Source: Vicugna vicugna (taxonomy: Eukaryota). From it: 64,000 bases of DNA. The stretch is taken from NCBI GenBank assembly GCA_013265495.1, contig MU058584.1, forward strand, positions 1,214,616-1,278,615, read 5' to 3'. The notes under the pieces are model-generated. The model was not told the origin of the DNA and did no database searches. It was given only the letters and a program-made list of their open reading frames with translations. The number at the start of each line of letters is the position of its first letter. Positions within the stretch are counted from its first letter, which is position 1. The position numbers and the translations under genes are program-made. Below, piece by piece: positions 26,814 through 38,663 of this stretch.

Positions 26814-28029
26814 TGTTTTATGGATTGAATTATTTCCTCCAAAACAGAAATGCTGGCGTCCTAACCCCCCGAATCTCAGAATGTAACCTTATTTGGGAGC
26901 AGGGTTTTTATGGAGGTAATTAAGTTAAAACGAGGTCGTTAGGGTGACCCTTAATCCAATGTGACTGGTGTCCTTATGAGAAATTTGGACACAAGATACA
27001 TAAATAGGGAGAATGTCATGTGACGATGAAGGCAGAGGTTGGGGTGGTACATCTACAAGCCAAGGATGCCAAAATTGCCAGCCAACCACCGGAAGCTGGG
27101 GGAGGGGCATGGAAGAGAGTCTAACCCCAGCCCTCAGAGGAACCAATGCTGCTGACACCTTAATCTGAAACAGAGTTCCCTCCAAAACCGAGCTCTTCTG
27201 CTGAGTTTACGATTAACCTCTCTATCCAAACTTCTATTCCCTTTCTTGTCCCGAACCTGCTCCCCTCAAGATTGAAGAATATCAAAGAAAAGGGGGGACT
27301 GAAGCCACATACAAGCCCCGGTGTCCCTGCCCTTTGAAGGCAAAAGCCTTTTGCTTTAGTCTCGCAGGCCTCTCCTGAGTCGCAAGAGGCTGGCTCAAGA
27401 GCTAATGACTAGGACATGGGAAGACGTAGAAACAAAGAATAGCTCTTGAGCCAGGAGACTGGTAACAATTTAGATTATGAACCACCACAGAGCAGAATCT
27501 CCGAACTCCCAGTTCCCTGAAGGATACAGATAAAGGCTTGACACACATTCCTGCGCTGTTTTTACAGGAAGCAGACCCCTAACAGATAAGAACTGCTGAC
27601 CGCAAGCATGCAGAGCCCAGACAGATTGAAACCAGAAGACTGGTGATGCCCGAAACTTCGCCTTGATGCCAACCAATCTGAGACTTGTGCATAAGCTGCT
27701 CATGCGCCCTGCAGCCCCCTTCCTCACCCGGCCTTTAAAACCTTTGTCTCCTAACCTGCAACTTGGACATGGCCTTGGGACGTTAGTCTACCACCTTTCC
27801 AGGTTGCCGGCCTCCTGAAAAAAGCAACTTTTCCTTTTCCACCAACACTTTTGTCTTGAGTACCGGCCTTTTTCTGAACAGCAAGCAGCCAGACTTGTGT
27901 TCAGTACCAGCCTTGTCCAGTTACAGATCCGGTCCTTCTAGTCTCCAGAACTGTGAGACGATGAATTTCTGGTTGTTAAAGCCACCTAGCTTGGGGGAGT
28001 TGTTATAGCAGACCTAGGAAACTATCACA
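26814..28029 (+). mobile_element. MaLR LTR (MLT1C-like), split by a younger LTR
   Basis: MLT1 text at 26814-27165 (CTCAGAATGTAACCTTATTTGG...GACACCTTAATC) resumes at 27926-28029 (CTCCAGAACTGTGAG...CTAGGAAACTATCACA). Confidence 0.85.
27166..27925 (+). mobile_element. ERV1-type LTR insertion nested in MLT1C
   Basis: TG...CA termini, near-TSD AATC/GATC, internal polypurine tract followed by TG at 27284-27301. Confidence 0.8.
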
Positions 28030-28489
28030 TGATGTCCTTCTGTCAAATCTCTTTATCTCTGAATTCATATACAAAGGCATTCATCTCACATTTGGGAGCA
28101 ACTCCTGTAAGGCGTGAGGCTAAAACAGAGGGAGGAGCTCCTGGGGTTTTGATATGGCCAAGCTACTCAAGGTGTGGTTTCACACCTACCTCCCCAGCCC
28201 CTGCTATCTCTCCTTACCTCATCCCCTCTCTGAGCTGAAGAGATGTCACCATTCAGCGAAAATGAACTCCAGTATGTCCTTTACTTATTCTTTTCCCTAA
28301 AATAGTTTTCTCCAGTAAAAATTTAGGATTCTACATCGGCAGAGTGGAAAATATAGAACTTGAAAAAAAAATCTTAATTTTTATTTATGAAATAAAAATG
28401 AGAACCTTTTGCTTTTTGGTCTTTTTTTTTTTTTCCTTCAAGCAGGAAAGACATATCAAATTACCTAGAAAAAGTCCCTATTTTATTGA

Positions 28490-29370
28490 GAAGGAAATTG
28501 AAATAATAGAAACAATGTATTGGTCTCTGACCTTGCTTCCTGGAGTAGAGCTCTTAAACCTTTTGTAATTTAAGGGTTTCCTCAGGGATAAGAGCACGAG
28601 GAGCATCTTTTGTTTTAATAATTGGTCATTGACCCTAGTTTCTGACACAGAGTTCCTAAATCCCTCTGGGTTTCCTGGGTAAAGAAGCATCTTTTGTTCT
28701 GAGGCAACTCTTAGTGGGCTCCTGGATAACTTTAGGATGGAGGCTGAACACCAGAAAGACCAAGCCATGATTAGAAGCTTGGAACTTTCAGCCCTACCCC
28801 CATTCTCTGGAGAGAGTGAGAGGGGCTGGAGATTGAGTTAATAGTCTATCATGTCTATGGGATGAAACCTCCATAAAAATCCCTAAAGTGTGGGATTCAG
28901 AAAGCTTCTGAGTTGGTGAACACATCCAGGTGCCAGGAGCGTGGGGAGGGGCATCCCAGCTCCACAGGGACACAAGCTCCTGTGCTCAGGACCCTTCCAG
29001 ACCTCACCCTATGTATCTCACATCTGGCTGTTCCTCTGTATCCTTTATCATATAACAGATCGGTAGACCTAAGGGTTTCTCTGAGTTCTGTGAATCATCC
29101 TAGCGAATTATGGAACCTGAGGAGGGGGTTGTGGGAACTCCAATTCCTAGTCTTTTAGTCAGAAGTACAGGTGACAGCCTGGGACTTGTGACTGGTCTCT
29201 GAAGTGGAGGAAGTCTTGTGGGACTGAGCCGTTAACCTGTGGGCTCTGACTCTAGCTCCAAGTAGACGGTGTCAGCACTGACACCCGTGTTGCAGAACTG
29301 GCCATGTGGGAAAACCCCCACACATTTGAAACAGAGTGTGGAGAGGAGAAACAGAGTTTTTCCTTTTCAC
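28490..29370 (+). mobile_element. MER21-family LTR
   Basis: Characteristic CCAGAAAGACCAAGCCATGATTAGAAGCTTGGAACTTTCAGCCC and GGACCCTTCCAGACCTCACCCTATG segments; boundaries approximate. Confidence 0.8.
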
Positions 29371-29595
29371 TCACCTAGAGAAGAACACAAAGTCAAAACA
29401 TTATTTTGCCCTTGGAAGTCATTTGTCCTGATTACTGGGTGCTGAAAGTATAGTGTCTGATACCTAAATTTTCAGTGAATTCCTGTTGACAGCATCATGG
29501 CAGTTATATTTACAGTTGATACAAAATCTTTGCAATCTTGCCAATTCTGATTAATCCTGGGGTTAGAACCTTAGTTTAAATTTCTGTTCCCCAGC

Positions 29596-29690
29596 GGGGA
29601 GTAGGTAGAGCTCAGTGGTAGGGCACGTGCTTAGCATGCACAAGGTCCTAGGTTCCGAGCACCTCCGTTAAAGAAAAAAAAAAATCCCGT
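29596..29690 (+). mobile_element. tRNA-derived SINE, short copy (Vic-1-like)
   Basis: GAGCTCAGTGGTAGGGCACGTGCTTAGCATGCACAAGGTCC..., A tail, flanking direct repeat ATTTCTGTTCCC (29580-29591 / 29693-29704). Confidence 0.85.
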
Positions 29691-29841
29691 ACATTTCTGT
29701 TCCCTACTAAGCCACCACCCTACATGGTTTGCCACTCTGCTTTCTGTCTCCAAGCCTAAAATGAAAACATAATAGGGTGAAATAAAATGGCCTCGTCTCC
29801 CCACACAACTGCACCCCATTCCCTGCCCTGGGGCAAGGGGA

Positions 29842-29922
29842 GAAACAGGGTGATTCTGAGATAATTCACTGTCACTCAGGGTAGGAAACAGGGTGATTCT
29901 GAGATAATTCATTGTCACTTAG
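29842..29922 (+). repeat. 43-bp tandem duplication (~1.9 copies)
   Basis: GAAACAGGGTGATTCTGAGATAATTCA(C/T)TGTCACT(C/T)AG at 29842 and 29885. Confidence 0.95.
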
Positions 29923-30639
29923 CATAATATAGTCTGGTTTATTCCTAAGAAATAAGGCCAAAATTATATTACTCCTGTGACTGTGAATTTCTCACGTAGA
30001 GCAAACAGCGGTTTTCATAAGAAAATTAATTCTCAGGGTAGCAAATGATTTAAATGTGTTTTGCTTTAGCTAATATTAACTCCAAGAAAAAAACCTTTGG
30101 GAGGCGCCCACGTCCACAAGTGGAGCCAAACGTTAACTGACAACCGACAGATTTAGCTGCAGCTATGAAACTTCCTGTTATGACAAAGGGAGAAACTGAG
30201 AGAGTCTGGAACTTTATTCTTTCTCTTTGGAATGATCATAGGTCCTAGGGAAGTAGGAGCTTGGAGAGATTCTGGAATATGCCAAGCTGTGGGAAAAGAG
30301 GGCTAGGAATGAGAGAACAGCTGCGCCGGACACCTCTGAAGGCCTGGAACGCCCTTGAGGGGCCAGTTCACACCCACAAGCCTACAGAGGGGCATAGTCC
30401 CTGCGACAACACAAGGGGAAGTAGAGCCAAGAGTCCAGGCAACTACATCCTTCCTCAGAGAACCACCCAAGGCTCGGCAGGGCCTGCGTGAGTGCGCTGT
30501 GCCGCAGGGAGGTGACAAAGGGGAGCCAGCATCCAGGGAGGCAGCCCTTCCCAGAAAGGCCCAGTGATACAGCCTGTGGAACACAGAAAGCAGCACTGCC
30601 CTTACCAGTTCTAAGGGTCCGAGATTAGGCAGCAGAGTA

Positions 30640-30870
30640 GGATATTGAAAGACACAGCTTTTCCCATCAGATTACGGGGGTTCAAATTTCGGCTCCCTGG
30701 TTTCCTAGGTGTATGGCTATGAACAAATTGTTTTAATTTTTTCTTAAGTGATTTAAGTTTGGGGGTTTTCATCTGAAAAATGGGAATAGAAATTACCTCA
30801 TGCCGTTGTGAGAATTAAGCAGGTAGTACATGGAGAGGACCTAGCACCTAGACTATCTTCTAGGAATGTG
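30640..30870 (+). mobile_element. MIR SINE (representative; similar relics near 2190, 3950, 6570, 9690, 13200, 21550, 36300, 38000 and 44000)
   Basis: MIR core TCATCTGAAAAATGGGAATAGAAATTACCTCA...GTTGTGAGAATTAA. Confidence 0.7.
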
Positions 30871-33084
30871 AATTATTATTCAAGTACCATATGCAAAAGG
30901 TATATAAACGGAACAACATTCAAGTATCAGTTTTGAATTTATATGGTCGCCCTGTGTTTATTCAGTTGTCTGCTTAATAGTGGGTGAAAACTTGACAGGT
31001 AATCTTTTTCAAGTAATAAGGATTAAATTAAACACTCCTACTTGGTGCTTATGTAGAAATGTTTTGATAAAACAGTCAGACAGAGCCTCCTTTTCTGAGA
31101 GAAAACAGGATTAAGGGCTATGAAAAGAAGATGCTGAGAACTCAGAAGGGACATCCTTCTAAGGGTTCATTAAACAGAGTCCTAACTAGAAGTCTTACTC
31201 TGGATAATAGACATCATTAGCATAAAAGAATCCATAGGAATGAAAACATGACCCTAAAACTCCGACCAAAAAAGCTAGTTATTGCCAGAGTTTTCTGATT
31301 TGTGATACTCTGTCATTATTGATTCTGGTTTTTTAACTTCTTTTCCCAAAACTTATTATAAATCATTAGTCTTAACATTAATGCTCATTAACATTTTTCC
31401 CCCAGAGAATCTTATAAACTCCCTTGAAATAACGGGCAACACCACAGGATACTATAATACCAAAATTGGAAATATCTAGAGAGTAAAAATTGTACTCAAA
31501 AAGTCACATTAGACAAATGCTTTTACCAATATCCAATTTGTTTGGGCTATTAATTCCTAAGATTCTCTATACTATGCTAAAATAATATAAGTTCATGTGA
31601 AAGTTGGGGAGAGAATACTAGGAGGTTAGAGTAAAATAAACCAAATTTTTGCTTCCTTGGATCTAGTTTAGAGCTCATTACAAATTAGCAAAGGACATGC
31701 ATTTTATGGCTTCAAACTAAAAATTTTCTCTGAATCAAAAACAAAGATACTGTTTAAAGTAATGCAGATGCATAGCCTAGTTCCCAAATCCACTAATAAA
31801 GATGACACAGCTGAGGAATGAAGTAAATTAACAGGTCTGGAATGATTAAAAGGTAATAAAAAGCAGACAGCTACTTTGAATTCAATTGTTTATCTTCTTA
31901 AGGCTGAACTCTAATATATATCTTAAAGTCAATAAATTTAGAATCTAATTTTTTCCACCTAGAACATTGTGTTCTGTTTATCACTCTAATTCTGTTTACT
32001 TATGTAAAAAGAAAATGAAATAAAACTTGCAAATTGTGTAAGGTTAACATTAACACAACAGCACCACCTAGTGACTATGCTATGCAAACAAAAATGTTCC
32101 TAGAGTTAACACTTTGAATATTAGTGCATTTTCAGTATACCTATAACCCCAACCTTTTAAATAAAATTATATACTAAAATACTAATTCACAAGTATATAA
32201 AAGCATTGTGACTTCTTCATTCATAACTAACTACAGTTAATGATGTGCAAAGAATATCCCACCACTTGTAAATAAAGGGTTCTGCATATTAGATGTTACT
32301 TGTAATGTTGGCAAGCTACAAATGTTAGCAGTCAGGTCAAAGGGACACACTGTTTCCTCTCATCTGAAATGTCAGGCAGATATAAAACTATGAAACTTCT
32401 TTGCTTTACTAGGTTTTATCTACACTTCACAATACATAGTTTCAAAGATTTTCTTCCTGATGCCCTTAATATACTAGTATGTGTTCATTATTTCACGTCA
32501 GCCTGTATTTCCATTCATGGTTAGTGATCATTTTTAAGATATGAATAAATACTAACTGTCTGTGTAAGTGAGTTGAACAGTGGCATCAATGATACAACCA
32601 TAAAGCCTGTAAACCAATCAATAATGTGATGTGGTCAAAAAATACTGGTGTGTTCTCAGATAGCATTAATCTTCTACTCTACGCCAATCAGATCATAGTT
32701 AAGAGTATTGTTTTCAGTTTAAAGTTAATGCAAATTGAATACTTCTTTTCTCATCTCTTTATTTTTTCACAGGAAATAGAAGCACATGGGAGAAAACTAT
32801 AAAGAACCAAAGTATATCCAATAAAATCTTTTCCCTCTGACCCCCTGAGTCCCTCTTCAGAGACTACTACTATTACTGATTTCTCCTGTTAGATGGACCA
32901 TGTTTTGAGAGTAGTTCAGTTTGATAACAAACGCTGACTGGGTGCCCAGTTTGTGCCGGACAGTGTTAGGTGCTAGGAAATCAAGCCAATAAGAACTGGC
33001 CCTGTGTAGCAGTGAAGACAGACACAAAACAGATCATTTCGATAAAACATAAACTTTTATTTTTTTAAGTGTACTAAGAACGCA

Positions 33085-34010
33085 CCTCATCTCTTCCAGC
33101 TGCGTTGTGTCTGTCATCTTCATGTCTCTCTCCCACAGGCATCTTCAGCTAGGCCTGTCCAAAACTCAACCACCAGTCGCCTCCCCAAACGAGGTCACCT
33201 CTGTATTGCCGAAATCGGAGACGGGCATCCACTTATCCAGGTGCTTAAGCCAGAGAACTCTCACTCAGCAGATACTTACCAAGCATCTACAGTGTCTAAG
33301 GACTTGGAGGCTGTGGGCATATCACAGCCAACAGGGTCTTTCCTGACTTCACTAACATTTGCTTATGGAATTCTATCCTTGGCTTCTCTCACCTCTGCCC
33401 TCCCAATTCAGTCGTCAAGTGCTGCCACTTCTGGTTTCTGAATGCCTCTGGGATCTATTTCCATCTGCACTGGCAATACCCCAGTACGGGCTGCCAGCTT
33501 CTCTTCCCAGCATTACGACTGATGTTCTAACTGGTTTTCCTCCCACTAGCCTTGCCACTCTTCAATTCCACTTTCTGAAGGCAGCCAGAATCACCATCTA
33601 AAATACAAACCTAATCATGTTGAAACCCTTCAAACTTACAACTATGTTTAGGAAGAAGTCCAAACTCCTTAATGTAACTAACTAGTAACGCTCTTCACGA
33701 CGTGGTGCCTGTGTATCTCCCCAGCCCTGCGTCCGGACTGTGCTCTCCTCTCACGTCTGGGCTTCACAGGAACCATTCCCTCTACTTTGCCCTCCACCCT
33801 TTAACCTGGTCAATTCCTAGCTGTCCTCCAGCATGGAGCCACTCAGACTGAACAGCAGTTTTTTTTTAATTACTTTTCTCCCTTCCCTGTGAAAATATAA
33901 GCTCTATCAGGTCATTAGATAGATTTTTACCACATTTGTTTGTTCACTATTATATTTCAGGGTCTGGCACAAAATAAGAGGCTCAATAAATATTTTTTTG
34001 AATGAATAAA
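33085..34010 (+). mobile_element. L2 LINE 3' region
   Basis: Pyrimidine-rich L2 text ending TCTGGCACA...GCTCAATAAATATTT...GAATGAAT; adjacent opposite-strand L2-like sequence at ~34110-34810. Confidence 0.7.
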
Positions 34011-34074
34011 TCAAAGTCTAGAAAGCCAGAAGGAAAGTCAACTAGTTCAGACCATGGAATAGAGAAAGGCATCT

Positions 34075-34101
34075 AAAAAAAAAAAAAAAAAAAAAAAAAA
34101 A
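34075..34101. repeat. A27 homopolymer
   Basis: Direct read. Confidence 0.95.
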
Positions 34102-37035
34102 CAGAGTCAAGTAAAGAAAATCAAGACAGTCCAGGCAGAGTCAACAAAAGTAAGAAAAGGTCTAAAAGTGTAAAACAGCCTCATGAATGGGAAGCGGGTG
34201 TGATGGGAGATGACAGTGGGAACGTAAGCAGTGCCAAGATCATGGAGGTCCTAGAATGCAGGCTACGAAGCTGGACTTTATCTAGGAGGTGATGGGGGAA
34301 GGGGTTGTAGAAGTTTAAGACCAGTGAAATGGTCAGATTTATATTAGGACTGATCATTCGAGCTGCTACTTAGAAGACAAATTGGGGGATGTAGGTAGGG
34401 GTCACAAGGCCGGAGATAGCAGTGAGATAGACTGGTAGTCAAATGAAAGCAAGGAACAAACTAGAATCTCGAAGGCTCGAGATTCCTTCCAAATGGATCT
34501 ATCTAGCAGGCAAGGAAATTAAAGTCTGAATCTTAAGAAAGAGGTCAGGGATAGCAGTAATTTGAGGATCCTTGAGCAAATAGATTAATAAGACAATGAG
34601 AGAGGGTGGTATTCCAAAGGGGAAGATTCCTGCAGAGAGAAAAACCAAAAACCAAAACCAAACCCTAAGGTTGAAACATATTTATTTACAGGGCAGGAAG
34701 AGAAAGAGTTCCCTAAGAAGCATGAGACAGGCAGAAGAAACAGGAGAGAAGCAAAGGGAGTTGGGTTTAAGAAAGGTCTGATTAATGGTGTCAAGTGTAG
34801 CAGAGAGGTCTAGAAAGGGAAGCGCTGAGCAATAAAACAGGTGGAGAAGGCACTTTTCATCTTCTGAGATACATAAGAAAGAGGGTGATAAATGTGGTGG
34901 TAAGGGAAATGGGTAGGCAGGAGGTTAAGGTGTATGTTGTGTGATGGCTTGAATTTTCTCAATTACCAGGGAACATGGTTGCTGGGAATGTCTGTGGCCC
35001 CTAGGAAATCTCTGTATTCAAATGAGTGGGTGCTTGAGGGCACGGAGAGGGTAGTACCCAATCTCAGTACTTCACCCACTCCTACCCCACGAGACCAAGT
35101 GAATCAACTTTTCAGCCTTACTGACTCACTAAAAGCAAAGCAGAAACAACTATTTGGAAATCCTGTCACTTAAAAAAAGGCTTTTAAATTTTAACCAAAA
35201 GCACTTGCTACTACAGGAGCACCAATGGAATTAAAGTCCTAGTTGCAGGCTGCCATGGTCTCACTGAGCATCCCATCTCGTCACTCAAGGTCTGCTCAGT
35301 CCGTACAGGCCTGTCATCCAGCCTCTAAAGGGTAGTCTAGAAATGGAACATGGAGTTTAAATTAGGAAAGGAATGGGCATAAAAATTGCAGACGCATGTG
35401 CATGTTAAGTGTTTGAAAAATACCTTTCAGACTACTCTGGTCACCTGCTGATAAGGAGAGAAGCTGAGGTTGAGGAAGGAGATAGTTTTGAGAAATCACT
35501 GAAAGTTGTAAGACAGGGAAACGACAATTGGTAAAGGATTGTCAAGAACTGGGGTGAGCTGACGCTATAGGCCAAGACCTGTTGTACTGTCACCTTGTGT
35601 TACTTTCTTCAGGCTGTCCAGCTGGGGATTTATGGGTTTTGACAGGGACCTGGGTCAGAGGCAAGGGACACGGGGAGTTTTGATATTGATAAACCACGTA
35701 GTCTAGGCTGGAAAGGGAGGTAGTGGCAGGAGGGCTGACAGGGAAAATGAAATATAAGACCAGATACAGAGCAAGTGAGGGTTTATAGGTATAAGAAAAA
35801 AAGATGCTACAGTTATGAGGAATGCTGGAGTCTAACTTTCTGCTGCAGGTAATGTCTTTATGGATGATGACAAAACTCTAGAAAGTCTAGGCTGAGATTT
35901 CTGGATTCCTGACGCCCTGTCCTCTACCTCACAATGTCCAGTAACAGACACCTGAATTTTGAAAAATCAGATCTACCCTTGTAATGGAGAAACATTGAAT
36001 AAATACCCATTAGTTTTTTTCCTTAATTTTAATTTTATTGTAACTATCAATTTGCCATATCTACAGTAAAATTATACCCTAAATAAGCAATTATTATATT
36101 GTAGATACAGTCATCCTGATCTTCCTTCACCTCATTTTTCTCTCTATATGTGGTCCATTCTATTCTTAGTTTACATATGGGTCACACTTTTCTTATCTGG
36201 ACTCTTAATAATGGTTCAGACATTTATCGAGCACTTACCACTTGCAAGATATATATTACCAGGAAAATGTATAAATAATAATCGTCAAAATAACAGCTAA
36301 CACTTAACCACGTGCTCACAATTCTGCCAGACACTCTACATGAATGAATTCATTTAATCTTCATGACACCCTATAAATCAGATATTATCGCTATTTTAAA
36401 GATGCACAAACCAGTTTAGTTAGGTTAAACAACTTGCCTGAGTCCAGATAGAGAGTAAGCAGTGTGATGAGGGATTTAAACTCAGCTCTTTCTGACTCAA
36501 GAGCTAAGCTCTCAACCATTATTTTCCCTGATTCTAAGAAGATACAGCCTAATGGAGTATGTGCATATACAAGTTATCAGTTTGATCTGGTAAGTGTCAA
36601 GGAAAAAGGTCTTTTTTCTCCCTTTCCTCACTGACTCAGTATTAAAAAAAGATTCTGACTTTGAGAATTACATCAGCGAATGGACATAGAAAAGGAAAAA
36701 GAAAGCCCTCAACTACTAGATACGAAACATATTTTTATTTTGAATCAGTATAAGTTTCTCTATCAGTAGGTATAGATTTCACTCCCCACAACAGAGAATT
36801 TATGTCTTTTAAAGTATAGTCATTATTTTTTTTCTGCGAAGATAGGAGTTATGTTTTATTCATGAATGTGTTGCACAGTACACAGTACTGTGTTTGATAC
36901 AATAAATACTTTTGATTGATTGACTACATGAGTAAATGAGTGATGATTACAGTTCACAAGTGCTACAGATGGCTAGAAAGGAAATGGGCTAATATTGGCT
37001 GGAGTTACTGTAGAGGGCTTTGTGTAAGGGCTAAC

Positions 37036-37329
37036 TTTTTATTTTTTTATTTTATTTATTTCATTTCATTTTTATTTTTATTTGAAGTGCTGTCAGTTAC
37101 AATGTGTCAATTTCTGGTGCACAGCACAATGTCATACATATACATACATATAATTGTTTTCATATTCTTTTCTATTATAGGTTACCACAAGACACTGAAT
37201 ATAGTTTCCTGTGCTAAACAGAAGAAATCTGTTTTTTTCATCTATTTTATACATAGTAGTTAGTATCTGCACATCTCGAACTTCCAATTTATCCCTTCCC
37301 ACCCTCTTTTCCCTGGTAACCATAAGTTT
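37036..37329 (-). mobile_element. Younger (artiodactyl/camelid-type) L1 3' end, 5'-truncated
   Basis: T-rich tail, then GTTACAATGTGTCAATTTCTGGTG..AGCA and CTGAATATAGTT..CTGTGCTA...TGGTAACCATAAGTTT. Confidence 0.8.
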
Positions 37330-38556
37330 AAAAATGATGGTTAGATGCCACAAAGTAGGTGGCAATGCCTTAGTGTGGTATGCATGTTGTCAGGCCCAAG
37401 GGCCTCTTTCATCCTTCTCAAGGGGAGTGCAAACATTCTCTCCTTTCATACATGTGTCTACTTACAATACAATCTTCTTAGCATTATTCTTCACTTGATT
37501 CGGTCCAGACTTCCCACCCAATACATCAGCCTTACTAGATGATACTGTACCCTGTAATCCGATGCAAGTCCTATTATGGCCTCTAGTGCCCCAAGCCATA
37601 ATAAAACTAAATGGCTTTTCCCCCTGACAACTAGGTTAGTCTAATATTCTGCTGCAAGACCCTGATTTGTCATCATGCATGTATGAGGTGCCCCTCATTC
37701 ATGCATTATCTGAGTTCAACTCACTTGGGGACAATTGCAAGTCTCGAGAACAGTTCAGTGTTAGGAAGGACTGGGAGTGCCTGGCTCCTGAGAAGGGATG
37801 AATGAAGGGAGGATGAAGCTAAGACCAGGAGACCTGGATCCTACCCTAGACAGTGCCATTACTGTACAGCTGGCAACATATCACTTCTGAGCCCGTTTCC
37901 TTGCCTGTAGCAGTGAAAGGATTTGACCAGATGAACCCTTAGGTTGCTCCCACCTCTTGGAGTTGTGCTTACCAACGCTGAATCAGATGATACGTCCAAA
38001 TCCGCGTTATGCTACTTGCGAACTACTGTGCACAGGTTTGGCCCGGTTGCATAATCTCCCTGATTAAATCCTTCATTTGGTAATAGTATCTATTAGTTTC
38101 CTTACCCTTTTTAATGAAGCTCAACTGAGATAATGCTTATAAGCATCTAACACAGATGCTCACGATCAGTGCTCAAAAAATATCTGCATTATTATTACCT
38201 CTGAGACTCTGACTTACCCTGCTCCATCGAGAGCTCCCAGTCCTCTTTCCCTCGTCAACTTGAGCTTAGCTCGTCTCCAGAAACGCTCCATTTACTTTTG
38301 CACTTCAACACGGACCCGGAAAGTGCTCCAAGGTCTCAGGGAACTCCATAGCAACCCCGGGCTCCTCCCCAAAACTGCGGCGCCCCCACTTCCTGTGGAA
38401 TCGAGGTCCGACTAGACGCCAAGTCCACGAAAAGTGGTTCCGCCTGGAGCAACTCCAGCAAAAGCCGCCTAGAGTCTATTGAGCCCAACCGGCATCCGGC
38501 GAGGCTGGAGCGGCAGGAAGTGGGCGGGGAGAGACGGGGCGGGACTTCCAGTTGGA

Positions 38557-38571
38557 GGCGGCAGGTTTGAA
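38557..38571 (+). promoter_or_regulatory. CDE/CHR element (DREAM / MMB-FOXM1 site)
   Basis: GGCGG + 4-nt spacer CAGG + TTTGAA, the canonical CDE-CHR spacing, at the presumed TSS of a G2/M gene. Confidence 0.85.
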
Positions 38572-38574
38572 AAC

Positions 38575-38663
38575 TGACAACGGTCGGTGTTCTCTTGAGT
38601 CTTGACTTCGCCTGAAGCTGCTCGGCGGACTCGCCGCCCTCCCGTGGGCGGCTGCTGCGGTAG
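38575..38663 (+). other. NUF2: NUF2 non-coding exon 1 (5' end approximate)
   Basis: Lies in the CpG island just downstream of the CHR element; donor TAG|GTGAGC at 38663/38664; no ATG. The TSS cannot be fixed from sequence. Confidence 0.7.

Noticed and set aside
1784..30296. Scattered GTGGGAA (RBPJ-like) motifs, tempting given Notch biology in mural cells
   Set aside because: The count is near chance for a 7-mer, several lie in repeats, and I saw no paired site
183..38200. Many 60-120 aa ORFs in the supplied track upstream of NUF2
   Set aside because: Short, many opened at non-ATG starts, overlapping repeats or low-complexity DNA, with no recognisable protein other than decayed L1 ORF2
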